From the human T2T-CHM13v2.0 reference genome, Homo sapiens: a stretch of 64,000 bases of DNA. Shown here one piece after another: positions 14,797-62,193 of the stretch. The DNA lies in the NCBI RefSeq assembly GCF_009914755.1, contig NC_060928.1; one strand, written 5' to 3'. The notes under the pieces were generated by a model. That model was given only the letters and a program-made list of their open reading frames with translations, ran no database searches and was not told the origin of the DNA. Within the stretch, counting starts at the first letter, position 1; every line of letters begins with the position of its first letter. Both the position numbers and the translations under genes were made by a program.

Positions 14797-15095
<299 letters not shown>

Positions 15096-15135
15096 CAAGC
15101 ACTGAATTTTTATTAATGTAAGAGATTTCTTTGTC

Positions 15136-15437
15136 TTTTTTTTCTTTTTTTTTTGAGGTGGAGTCTTGCTCTATTTCCCAGGCTAGAGTGAAGTGGCACA
15201 GTCTTGGCTCACTGTAACCTCCACCTCCCAGGTTCAAGTGATCCTCCTCCCTCAGCCTCCTAAGCTGAGATTACAGGCACATGTCACCATATCTGGCTAA
15301 TTTTTTTGGTATTTTTAGTAGAGACAGGGTTTCAGCATATTGGCCAAGACTGGTCTTGAACTCCTAACCTCAAGTGATCCATCTGCCTCGGCCTCCCAAA
15401 GTGCTGGGATTACAGATGTGAGCCACTGCGCCCGGCC
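15136..15437 (-). mobile_element. AluS
   Basis: Antisense dimer; TSD-like atttctttgtctt on both sides. Confidence 0.93.
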
Positions 15438-15458
15438 GATATTTCTTTGTCTTGACCG

Positions 15459-15758
15459 TTTTTGTTTTTTTTTTAAAAGACAGAGTCTCGCCCCGTCACC
15501 CGAGCTGGAGTGCAGTGACGCAATCTCGGCTCACTGCAACCTCTGCCTCCCTGGTTCAAACGATTCTTGTGCCTCAGCCTCCTGAGTAGCTGGGATTACA
15601 GGCATGCTACACCACACCTGGCTAAATTTTGTATTTTTAGTAGAGACGGGGTTTCACCATATTGGCCATGCTGGTCTCAAACTCCTGGTCTCAAGTGATC
15701 CTCCCGCCTCAGCTTCCCACAGTGCTGGGATTACAGGTGTGAGCTACTGTGCCCGGCC
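15459..15758 (-). mobile_element. AluS
   Basis: Antisense dimer; flanks tgtcttgacc / tgtcttaacc. Confidence 0.93.
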
Positions 15759-16058
15759 TGTCTTAACCTTCCGATGGCCTATGTGTTTAATTCCAAACAT
15801 ACAATGTAGGATGATTAAATCAGGATAATTGGGGTTATCCCATCACCTCAGCATTTATTTCTTCTAAGCATTTAATTACAGATCTTAGAACTGTTAGTGG
15901 CTTTAGACTCTTTACTTTGTCAAATGAGAAAAACAAGGCCTAGAGAACCTAAGTAACTTGCCTAATGATTTAGAATCCAGAACTGCTATGTCTCTACCAG
16001 TATATATTTTCCCCTTCACATCCTTCACTAATTGCTTAAGAGCAAAAGTATGCAGTTA

Positions 16059-16277
<219 letters not shown>

Positions 16278-16501
16278 TTAAATATTTAACAGACACCAAA
16301 CATTTAATAATTTTGCTTGTCTTCTCCAGCCTGAGAAAAGCTTTGACAGATGTCCTGTCTCTAAAACACACTCACTGGAAGCTTGAGTCGTTGCTGCTGG
16401 GTCCTCTTAGTAAGTTTCCTTAGAAGCACACAGAACATTTAACATGTTCTCTATCTTGGGAGTGCTGTTCAAAAAGCAGAAGCAGCCCAAGGGCATCTTC
16501 T

Positions 16502-16521
16502 TTTGCCACCAGGTGGCACGC
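16502..16521. promoter_or_regulatory. Candidate CTCF site, palindromic
   Basis: TTGCCACCAGGTGGCACGC matches the CTCF core CCASYAGRKGGCRC. Confidence 0.6.
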
Positions 16522-17694
16522 TTGTGAATTGGGAACTGGTGGAAGGAATGAGTCAAGGTGAGGGTTGCACTAAAATGAATCTCCCAGCTGGGCAATGTTG
16601 AGGAATCTGAGTGGGGAAATGCTTCATTGCAGAGAATGAAGTCTGTCTGATTTGCCCAGAGATCACAAAAATAAAAGACAGAAAAGCAGAACATGAAAAT
16701 GCTACAGGAAAGGTGGGATCGGCACAAATGATACCTTGGCACTATGTCCGTGTGGTTTAAGGCAGAAAACTGAAGGGCTGACTTGGCCCTGAGGAGGAAA
16801 CTACTCAGTAGCAGAGGCAGGAAGGGCCCAAACCACAGGTGAATCCACCCAGGTTGAACGCCCACACAGAGGTGTGTGGGTGGGGTGGGGTGGGGTGGTG
16901 CAGCCTGACTGCCTCCGCTGCAAAGGATGTGCCTTTGTGTGCAGTGTGACATCCCTCTCTAGCCTTGGCGAACCTGGGAAACACTTCGTCTCACATGTCC
17001 TTGGAAATGTGGGACCCACATGTACCATGGGCTCCTTTGTACCACTGAGAGTCTCCTGAAAAGAGTAGGTCCAAAAAAAGGGGGGCTTGAGCCCAAAATG
17101 GGCTTCTGCACCTTATGGACACATGCATCAGCTCCTGGGCAGGTCAACTTAGGAGCCCTTCTAGTCATCCCTCTGGCTATCCCTCCCCTCAGTTCCTTCT
17201 TTCTTTATTGCCGTCTTCCTCTGTGGCTGTTCATCTCCCCAACTCTTCATTCTGAGCCTTCTGGAAGCACCCTGTGTCTTCATGCTGCCATCAGGCACTG
17301 TCCCCCACACTCACTGACTCCGAGGGTCCTCCCTCCACCTCCTCCCCCAAACTCCTCCCTGACACCAGCCAGTCCCCACAGTTGCTGCTCCCCCGGCAGC
17401 ACGACAAAGCTCCCTTCTTCCATGTCCCACTTCTGCCATACCAATGGCCGGGCCTGCTTCTGCTGTACCAGTTGCCAGGCCCTGCATCTAGAGATCCTGG
17501 TTTGACTACTGTGGGCAAAGCTCTGGTGGTTCCGACATGCAGCTGGGATTGCTAATGAGTGTATGAGTTCTATGATTGTTTCTCCTCACTGCTGTCAGTG
17601 GCCAGTCCTGTGCCCTGGAGACTTGAGGGTGGGTTCCCCATCCTTCTCTGCTCCCCAACCTACTACCTTGTCCTGAGGTTCTAGTGTCCATCTA

Positions 17695-17745
17695 TTTTGC
17701 CATTCAAAGTAATGGCAAAAACCACAATTACTTTTGCACCAACCT
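17695..17745. mobile_element. MADE1 (mariner MITE), partial
   Basis: ttttgccattcaaagtaatggcaaaaaccacaattacttttgcaccaacct. Confidence 0.85.
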
Positions 17746-19247
17746 TCTATAGAAGGCCCTGTGCACTGTCTGATCTGGAATTTCCTGGTTCTCCTTTAGC
17801 AGTGGAGTCATTGTCATCTCTATCCTACTTCAGCCACCCTGGGCCTTGTCATTTCTCCCTGGCCCCTCTGTTCTTTGTAGTCTCCACTCCCTCCCTGGGG
17901 GATTTCATGGACACCACTACCACCCTCTGTGTGCCAGTAAGACTCCAGAGTATATCTGTGGATATACCCCACCTCCTGCCTCCAGTTTCCAGAACCTTTT
18001 TGCTGCTGCCTGCTGGGCCAAATGCCTCAAAATCTGTTTTACCCCTCCAATCTATTGGCACCCCATCTCCCCATCATGTAAGACAAAACCAGGGATATTT
18101 TTCTCCTTGCTTCTTCACTGTCCAGGGCCAGCCCACCCAAGGTCCCAGGCTCACCTGGCATAAAGCCACCCCTCCCCTTCATCCCACCACCTCTGGTTGA
18201 TGCCCTCATCAGCTCTTTTCTGGGTCGCTGACTGGTTGTCTCCTGGCTGACCTTTCTCCAATTCTGTTCCCCTTGCACTGTCCTTCACTGCTCCCAGAGG
18301 AGTCCTCCTAAAACATACATCTGCAGCTCACCCCCTTACCATGACGGAGGAGGCCTCCGGGGGTTCTGCCCTCTGTCCCTCTCTAGCCTCACACCGGCAG
18401 CAATTCTGAATGATTTTGTGACTCCTAGGCACTGACTCCACTAGTTCTGTGATATTTGGTCTTGAATGTCTCTCCCTTCTCCCCTGACCCAAGTGATAGA
18501 CCTTTCTCCTCTTCTACCCCTCAGCCTGGCTGCACACATCACTTGTTTTGAGCCCTAGGAATCTTTTTCTGAGCCTTCTCCACTTGCCCACTGCCTTAGT
18601 TTCCCAGCTCAGTTCTACATAATACTCTGCCCTGTTTTAGCCTGTACTTGCTTCATTGTATGGTAATTATGTGAGTCTGTCTTCCCCACTGGGCTGTGAG
18701 CCCCTTCTTTGTATTCCCAGGCCAAATGATAGGAGCTCAATTCCCATTTCATCAATAAGGACACGTTACACAAGTGCTTGCTTTGTTACTGATCCAGCCT
18801 TGTTTGCCATTAATTACTGACACTCTAGCTTTAGCTTTATTTCTCTGTTCTGTGATTCCCCTGTGTCAATTAGTTCATCATCTTTAGACCAACCTTGAAA
18901 TATACTTAAGGAGCTACTTAAAAAAAAAAACTAAATATGCTGTAATGAAGTCTGTTATTTTGTGAATTTTAAATGGCTAATCATTTTTAAATGGTATAGT
19001 GCTATTGCTTGAAACCTTAAACTGTCCAAATTCTGTAAAATCACTAAATATCATGTACATAATACAGTACTGAGACCTGGCATGCAGATAGAACATATCT
19101 TTAATTTTTAAAAGCTAAACAGAAATTTGCATTGTCCAAAGGAACTGGTTTCTCAGGCCTGGACATGGGAATATTACAATGAAAGGTAAGGAGGAGATGA
19201 TGTCAATCAGTTACCTATCATTCACCTCATGACTAAACCTGAGTAGG

Positions 19248-19544
19248 TTTTTTCTTTTTCTTGAAATGGGGCCTTACTCCACTCCTCAGGCTGGAGTGCA
19301 GTGGCACAATCTCAGCTCACTGCAGCCTCGACCTCTTGGGCTTAGGTGATCCTCCCACATCAGCCTCCTGAGTACCTGGGACTACAGGAGCGTGCCACCA
19401 CACCCAGCTAATTTTTGTATTTTTTGTAGAAATGTGGTCTCACCATACTGCCTAGGCTGGTCTGTAACTCCTGGACTCAAGTGATCTGCCTGCCTCGGCC
19501 TCCCAAAGTGCTAAGATTACAGGTGTCAGCCACCACTCCTGGCC
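19248..19544 (-). mobile_element. AluJ
   Basis: Antisense dimer; flanks ctgagtaggtttt / ctgagcagatttt. Confidence 0.92.
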
Positions 19545-19890
19545 CTGAGCAGATTTTAATCATGAGTTCTGCCTAAATAATTGCTTTAATCTCTGTATTA
19601 CTGGATTAAAGATAGATCTGAACTTAAGAGAAAGTGTGATCCGTCCAGGCATATTCTCAAACTTTTCCATGGAACTACTTTTAAAGATTGGAGGTACCAC
19701 TGGTTTGAGTGGGACATTTGGGAATATGTGGTTGTAAAGTAATTCAGTTTCTTCGAAAGCTCATTTATTTCCTCCTGAAAAAAATACATTTGATTTTACC
19801 TTCTATATTACAATATGTAAAACAATATGAAAGACTGTTTAAAATTATTTACCACTGAGTGAAATCAACCTTCAAGAAGACTCATAATCA

Positions 19891-20179
<289 letters not shown>

Positions 20180-21019
20180 TCAATGAAAAAGCATTGCTCT
20201 GTAGGGTGATGCCACAAATTATTTAACCATTCTTTCCTTTCTGCCCCTTTGCATCTTCTGTACTGTAGACATTCCTTCCCCCTGCACTTAGCAGGTGGTA
20301 TATTCCTGGCACTGGACAGAGACCTTACTTTGGACTGTGAGAGCTCACAGTTTGGTTGGGTTGGGGTCCCCATAGGACTAGCTTTTCCTGATGCTTTGGA
20401 CACCCCTTCATGCTTTGAGAACTTTGTCTTCGCCTTCCTTTTCCTTGAATACACATAGAAACACATACACGTGCAAACACATATACAAAGTCTTCCTGGC
20501 TCAGCTCTCCCCTACACCCTTTCATGGTCCTTCTGGGCAGCACAGGCCTGTAGCACGTGTGTCACCTCTTGATGTTTTATTTCATTAGCATTATGTCTTT
20601 GTCTGCACAAGGCTGTGAGCTCCCCCATGAGCATCTAGTTCTGGTTACACAGTACATGCGTGATGAAAGGTAAGACTTTAATGACGACGGTGCATTGAGC
20701 TCCCCATAGTAGAACAGGGACATTTTTGAGATTCTCTGTTGCATGGCTTCCTTTGGTTCATGTGGGTGATTCAGAGTTGATTTAGTCTCCCCACTGCTGG
20801 GCAAGAGTGTTTTGAGGACTTGTGTGGTTTTCACTGAGCTCATACTCCCCCTCCCCCATCTGCATGCTATTTCCAGTATCATCTCTTTGTTTGTAAAGCC
20901 TCATGGGTGTTGTGGGCGATTACTGGGATCCTTCCATCATGGTTTTCATCCAGTTTATTCCTATGGGGATATAAAAGTGTGTCAGAAACAGTATAATATA
21001 CAAATCATTAGCTTTTTTA

Positions 21020-21581
21020 TTACGAATTGTGGTTAAACACTATGTGAACCGAAGAGTAGTTGAACTACAATGCACAGGCTCTGCCCCAGTCACAGTTCTT
21101 CCTGCTCTACTTCCCCAAAACTAGAATAGGCCTAATGTGGTGGGTTTTCTTCCCCGCCATTATTTTGTCTAGTTCCTTATATTTGTGTCCAAAAGAGGAC
21201 AGGTTTAGAAAGGACTTCCTTACTTTTAACCGCAGCTATCAATCCAGTTGTTGGAGCTTTAGCCTTTTGTGAAGGATAGAAAGACCTTGCAGTCATGGTT
21301 GACCTGGGCCAGCCACTGCTGAAGTTGCCGGGGAGAACCCCTGAGCTCCATCAACAGGTCACTCCTGCTTCCACAGATCACTGCACCTAGAATTGCAGTC
21401 TCAACTAGTCTGTGAATTGACATGTTAAAAAAATACTACAGGTATGCTTTGAATATTTTATTTTTACGAATTGTGGTTAAACACTATGTGAACTGAAGAG
21501 TAGTTGAACTACAACGCACAGGCTCTGCCCCAGTCACAGTTCTTCCTGCTCTGCTTCCCCAAAACTAGAATAGGCCTAATG
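21020..21581 (+). repeat. 118-bp direct repeat pair (21020-21137 and 21464-21581)
   Basis: Both copies run ttacgaattgtggttaaacac...ctagaataggcctaatg, with 3 mismatches and no gaps. Confidence 0.95.
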
Positions 21582-22389
21582 GACAGCTAGGAGATGGACA
21601 GCTGCCTATCTTTTGATGGAGGGCCAAAGCCTCTTCTTTGAGTTTTGGTTGAGTGATGGGCTTTCTCAGGAAAGTTCTGAGCTGCCATTCTTTCCATACA
21701 CCACACCCACAATGCAGAGTCTGTGATTCCTTATTTCTGTGTCCTTAAATGGAGTACTTGTGAAACAATCCAAATGCAGAACCCACGCCAAGTTTTTGTA
21801 AATTGGAGGCCCTCCTCCGATCTGCTAATGTTTGCCCACATTTAATTCAATAGTAGACTTTCTTTAGTTGAGCGACCCATATAAAGCCTTTCTTAGTTAT
21901 GGAAGAATTAGCAGCTTTCTCCCCATAAGCACACACTCATTTTTCACCAATTTCCATAATGTGCACTTTATACATGTAATTTATACATAATAAAATATCG
22001 AATACAACTCCCATAAGCAGGTTTGGGGATAAAACCAGATGACTCATGGTGTGAGCAGAAGAGCAAAGATACACTAGAGAAGAACTTAATAGTATTGGAC
22101 ATTAAAAATGCCTTGGGCAGGGTCAGTGTGGTTTAAAATAAGAGCTTCCAGGTCTTTCCACTCAGAGAGTTAAAAGACCTTTTCCTGCCAATGCTTATTT
22201 AGTATAAGCTCAACTGTATAGCAAAACTAAATAAAAATAGTGAAGCAATTAATTTTTTAATGACATGAATTAAAACAACATTGAGGGGCTCACAGAGGCT
22301 AATAATAGAGGCCAGTGTGATCAGATAAAAAAGTGTCAAGATAGCTGAGGCAGGTTTTAGGTTTAGCCGGGCCTTAAAGAATTGTTGAG

Positions 22390-22945
22390 TTTTTAAAACA
22401 TTAATTGCAGTAAAATACATGTAACTTAGGATGTACTATTTTTAAGTGTCCCAATTCTGTGTGGCACCAAGTATCTTCACAATGTTGTGTAACCATCACT
22501 ACTAACCATTTCCAGAACTTCTTCATATCCCAAACAGAAACTCTACTTATTAAATAATAACTGTCCATCCCCCCCTGTACTCCCTCCCCACACCTTAATA
22601 ACCTGTTCTACTTTCTGTCTCTGTGAATTAGCCTATCCTATGTACGTCATATAACTGGTATCACACAATATGCCTTTCTGTCTGGCACATTTGACCTAGC
22701 ATACTGTTTGCAAGGTTCATTCATGTGTGGCATGTATAGAATGTTACTTTTTTTTTGTGGGGGGGGGGGGGGCTGTGTAATGTTCCATTGTATGTATATA
22801 CCACATTTTATCCAAGTTATTGGACCACATTGGGTTTTATAAGTTATTGGACCACATTTGGGTTGTTTACACCTTTTGGCTATGGTGAATAATACTGCTG
22901 GGAACATTGGTGTACAAGTATGGGTTTGAGTTTCTGCTTTCAATT
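22390..22945 (-). mobile_element. L1MB-like 3' end
   Basis: aatgttgtgtaaccatcactact...tttccagaac...caaggttcattcatgt...gtgaataatactgct...aacattggtgtacaagt. Confidence 0.85.
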
Positions 22946-24719
22946 ATATAGGTTGAATTTTATACTGCTAGTGATGAGGGAGACATAGCAAGTACCTGAA
23001 GAGGTTATAAGCCAGAGGCATTTCTTTTATTTTGAGCTATCACTGAAATCTTGCATTGTTGACTCTTCGTAAGTGTCCGCTTCCTCCTCTATGCTGTTTG
23101 AGAGCGAAGGCCATTTTCTAGGTTCAGCACTTACCAAGTAGCTGGGATAAGTATTTACTGAATAAATAGTTCCCGGAGTTCCTAGCTTAAAGCCGTCATT
23201 CCTTATAGTGCTAGTTGGTCTCCAGAGTGTTGGGTTTTGCCACCTATCCTTTTTTTGGGTTAATTAATTAACATGTGTTCAGGGAACAGAAAACAACTCT
23301 TAATATTAGCCTTAGCCAAACATAATTTGGGAAGTACATTTGCTAATGCAAAAAGTCCTGGTGTAAATAAAACACAATTCAACAAACATTTGTTAAGAAC
23401 TTGCTGTCTACCACGCACATTTCAAAATTTGGAATTTCAGAGCAATTTCAAAGCTAAGTTGGAATACCTTTTTGAAAGGCGTTCTCTTAATACGAACCTC
23501 TACTCTTTTAAAAAAAACTTTGTTTTTCAAAAATTGTGAGACTACTATAACAATATTAAAGACAATTTAAAAAAGAGAATAAACATTACAGTCCCACCCT
23601 AATAAAAGCCCTATTTTCATTTTATAATGTGAGTTTATAAATCATTTATTTTGAAAATAAAACCCTGAATACTTCTGGTGGCAATTATTTTAATTATTTT
23701 TTAAAACTCTAGAAGTGAAGCATGAACTCATGATCTTGAATTTAGAGGGCCCTTATTTGGAGGGATGCATGGCTGTTTGACTTGATGAAGCCAAGCTTTT
23801 CTTGGTGGAGCAGCAGAATTGACATGGGTCATCTTTTGGGGATAGATCTGTAGACTGTTGACATCTGTTATAGGGACTGGGTGTTTAGGAGCCTGTCCTG
23901 TCTTTATTCTTTCATATGTTCAGGATTGAAGAAAATGTTTTTATTACTGTGCTAGAGGGAAAAGTACGATTTAGGATCCTTACCTGCAGGATCTAAGACC
24001 TTGGAGTGGATGTAGGAGATATGGACACAGTTGAACATCAGTACAAGGCAAATGAGTGATGGGCTGCCTCTGTTGGTGGGATTTAGTGAGGACAGGTTAT
24101 CGCAACATGGAGTGGCTAGGGAACAACATCCATGAAGAGGCTGTCTTCAGCGGGGCTTTACACAAGACAAGATGTGTCCCAGGGACACAGGCAGAAGGGA
24201 TGATGGGCATGACAACGGATGAAGAATGTTCTCAGGATCCTTAGCCAGTCAGCCTAAGGAGAGGCAGGTTGGGTCCGGGGAAAACAGCTAGAAGTTAACC
24301 CCATGGCAGTTCCTTTAAAGTTGTAAGAGCTGCTACTGTTAGCTGCTGCTGCCTCTGTTGTGGTTTTGAGGCTGGGGATGGAATTGTTAAAAGGATATTG
24401 TTTTAGGCTGATGGACCTCAGAGTTTTGAGGGAGGATGAGTTGGGGTGGGGTGGGTGGCGGCTGGCGGGGAGTCTTTTAGGAGAGGATATTACTTCTGTG
24501 AAGTAGTTGGCTGGTCTCAGGTGGAACAGCAGGAATGGAAGGGATACAGGGTGTGTGGAGGGGGCTCTGAAGGAAAGAATGCTAGGATGTGCTGCCCGAG
24601 AGGGGGAAGTCAGGTAGGAACATGTTTGGCAGATGATGGAAACTCTTCCCATACATAGGAAGTGGGTGAGTCCGGACTGATTTGGAAGGCCAATAAGAAG
24701 TTCCATTTCTGGAATAAGT

Positions 24720-25150
24720 GTGCCTAACATTTATTATGTGTTTTCCATGTACCAAAACATAGTTCTAAGAGCTTTACATAACAGCCTTATAAAATAAGTA
24801 CTGTTAGTATCCCCACTTTACAGATGAGAAACTGAGGGCAGAGTTGAGTAGGAACTTGCCTCAGGGTTACACACTCAGTGGCAGAGCCAAGATGCAAGTC
24901 TAGACAGTCCTAACTCAAGAGCCAGGCTCTCACTTGGTATGCTAAAAGGCTTTCCTGCTTTTCTATGATAGCATGTATTAAAAACTATCCAGTCCTGTTT
25001 TAATCTCCTTACATGTGTTACCTCACTTGATTCTCAGAAAAACTCTATGAGATGAGGGTATTTTTATCCTCATTTTCCAGGTGTGGAAACTTGGACACAG
25101 AGTTAGGGTGATATGCCTATGTCACACAGCTAGACTTAGCTGCATTGGCC
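24720..25150 (-). mobile_element. Two MIR fragments
   Basis: MIR core words ccccactttacagatgagaaactgagg and cctcattttccaggtgtggaaacttgg. Confidence 0.7.
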
Positions 25151-27060
25151 TGGTGTGTCTCAGGAAGTCAAGGATGTTTATTTGACTGGATTGTAATTAT
25201 CTATATCCATCAGATCAACCCATGAGAAAATGGAATTGATTGAAATAGATTGCAGTATAAATTCTTTAAGAAATATTGGGTCAAATTTGCTATCAATATC
25301 ATGCACATTCATTGGGAACTGTTCTTTTTTAAAAGGAATAAATAATATAAATAATAGCATCTCTATTGCTGCCTCTGTTTTTATTATTTAGTGCTCTGTA
25401 CAACTCTGAAAATAATCCTGGCCACTGCGTGCCCATATTCTTGCTGCCACATTTAGATGCTGCACCTAGCGGACTCAACGTCTCACTCTGTAGCCTTTAT
25501 GACGTTGTTGCTGCCTAATAATATTTAATGCTTATAATTGGACTTATTGTCTTTTGATCTGGGGTGTACTTTGCTTGACATAATGGGGCTACAGTTGATG
25601 CCACCACAGGCAATATTTGGCTAATAAACAGGAATTGAGACTGGTCATCTATACACACACCTGCAGGAAACAATTTCCACCCTCCTGTAAAGCACCTTCA
25701 GTCTGTCCCTACCCACAAGTGCTCTTCTTTCTATCTCGCATGTGAGGGGGTCTCCTGTTTTCTTTACCTTTAAGCCTGGTTTGGCTACAGATCTCTATTT
25801 CTGTCTTGTACTGCCAGAACTACCCAAGGGAGAGGTCTGCATTTGCAGCCTGTAGCCCTGGAGCAAACAACACTTCCCACTCAATTGAAATTGTACTTTA
25901 GAATTTCCAGCAGTCTCTTTGTAACCAGATTAGGGGTCTTTTGTTCATTCCCTGCCATCTTACTGTGGCATCTGCCCTTAGAGCCACCACCCTCTCTTTG
26001 AAACTTTGTACTGCATTGCCTTCTTTGCCACTTAGCCTCTCTCCCTTTTCTTCCTGGTGGTTCTTTTTCTTAAATCTCTCATGACCCTTTCCTACACCCT
26101 CTTGGCTGGAAGAGCCCTTTAAGATCAATGCTTGGTTGGTTCCTCAAACCCTTTTCTTTAATGATCTGATCTTGTTTTTTAACTTCACAAGGTGTCACTG
26201 GACCACCATCATCTGAATTCCAGGTCATAAGCAACCCACTGCTGAGAAGTCCCATTACTGGCCAGGTTGTACCTGTGAGCAAATTACACCTCTCACGTCC
26301 CCTCCCCTCAGAATATGCCCCCATCCCCTATCCTCACCCATCCTGAACTTGTGTGGCTCACTCAGATCAGTCCTCATCTGCAACCTTGCATATGGTGGCA
26401 GGGGACATAAATCTGATGTGCATGAACCATTCCCTTCACCATTCTGCAAGAGGTGACTGGGGGCCCCAGGGAATCTTGTTATCACACTGCCCCAGCCCAC
26501 CTCACCTGGGGACCTTGCCTTCTGCCTCCTCACTGAGGTCTTCCCTGAGTCAACCTTTTGCTTTTTCATCCCGCTGATATGGCCTTCCTCTGACAATCTA
26601 TAGTGTCTTTTCCTGTTTATTCTGAATTCCTTACTGTAGGTTCTCATTACTTCTGCCTGCGACCAGCATGTTTCACTCATTTCCTTGAATCTAGTTGATT
26701 CTCTGGGATCTCACTATGCATGTCACTTCTCTGCTGAAAAACCTAAATTGAATCTACAGGGTCCCTGAGGTACGTTCCCAGAATTTACACCCAGAAGTTC
26801 AGGACCCTTGATGGATCTGGTTTCACTCCACGTAGTTTCACCTGTCATGTGCTCCGCAAGGTACCCTGTTTTTTAGCCAGGCTGGTTTCTGAATAACTCT
26901 AGAGGCTCTGTGCTCACTTCACTGCCAGTTCATGCTGTCATCTTCTCCTCCTCCTCCTCCTTTGCCCTTATGATATGGTTACACTCCAGCCCACCTCTTG
27001 CTTTTTCTTCAGATTGACAGTAAACCTCATAGCTATGTTTTACTTCAGTACTTTGTTCTA

Positions 27061-27381
27061 TTGTTTTTAGAGAGACAGAGTCTTACTCTGTCACTCAGGC
27101 TGGAGTGCAGTGTTGCAATCACAGTTTGCTGCAGCCTCAACCTCCTGGGCTTAAGTGATCTCCCACCTCAGCCTCCCGCCTCAGCCTCCCATGTAGCTGG
27201 GAAAACAGGTTCCCACTACCATGCCCAGCTAATGTTTTTTCTAGTTTTTGTAGATGTGTTGGGCGGTGGGGGCGTCTCACTGCGTTGCCCAGGCTGGTCT
27301 CGAACTCCTAGGCTCAAGCAATCTTCCCACCTCAGCCTCCCAGAGTGCTGGGATTACAGGCGTGAGCCACGGCACCTGGCC
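27061..27381 (-). mobile_element. AluJ
   Basis: Antisense dimer about 830 nt upstream of exon 2; internal cctcagcctccc duplication. Confidence 0.92.
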
Positions 27382-28086
27382 AGCAGTTTGTTCTTTAAAC
27401 CCTGAAATGTATGTGAGGACCATGTGTCACACTAGCATGGACTTTTCCCCAGCATCTAGCATGGTGCTTTTGTAGATGATAATTAATGAATAGGTATTTG
27501 AATACATGGAGGCATGCATGGCTGAATGAAGTGGCTGTTGTAAAATTTCTAGGGTTCAGGTTTCATATTCAGAGCCTAAAGTTTGCATCTTTATAAACTA
27601 AATAGTTTCCTATCTAGGAAACCTATTTAGGCATTAGGGTGTTAAAACAGGTGTATCATTTTCTGCCTTAGTGTTTAGAGATTTGTGAATAGTTCTCCTT
27701 TTGATGAACATTGCCATGTAAAGAGAGTTATACAGAAATAACTGAATTCACACAGTTTTAAGGAAAAGCTATTCTATGTCATGGTCATGTATATTCTGCC
27801 AAAGAGAGTGACAGGCCAGTAGTTTCTTTTTTCTTTTTCCCCATAGTGTGAGATTTTGTTTCTGTTGTTTCTAAGCTGGGTGTCTGCATGTCCACACTGC
27901 GAAGATGGCCCATATTCAGAATGAAAACTTGACCCAATTGTATGTTTAGCCCAGAGAAGGCTGGGGCATTCAGCACATCCTGGCTTGGGGACCAAATGTG
28001 ACCCTCAGGATTAATTGAGGGTTGGAGAAAATAATTTTATAGATGAACTTAAGACATTTTAGACAGAACTCTCTTTTCAGCCATAA

Positions 28087-62193
<34,107 letters not shown>

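Noticed and set aside
16407-18278. Overlapping 100-181 aa ORFs on both strands
   Set aside because: No recognisable domain and low-complexity P/S/L/C composition; they lie in C-rich degenerate, partly L2-like sequence where stops are rare by chance.
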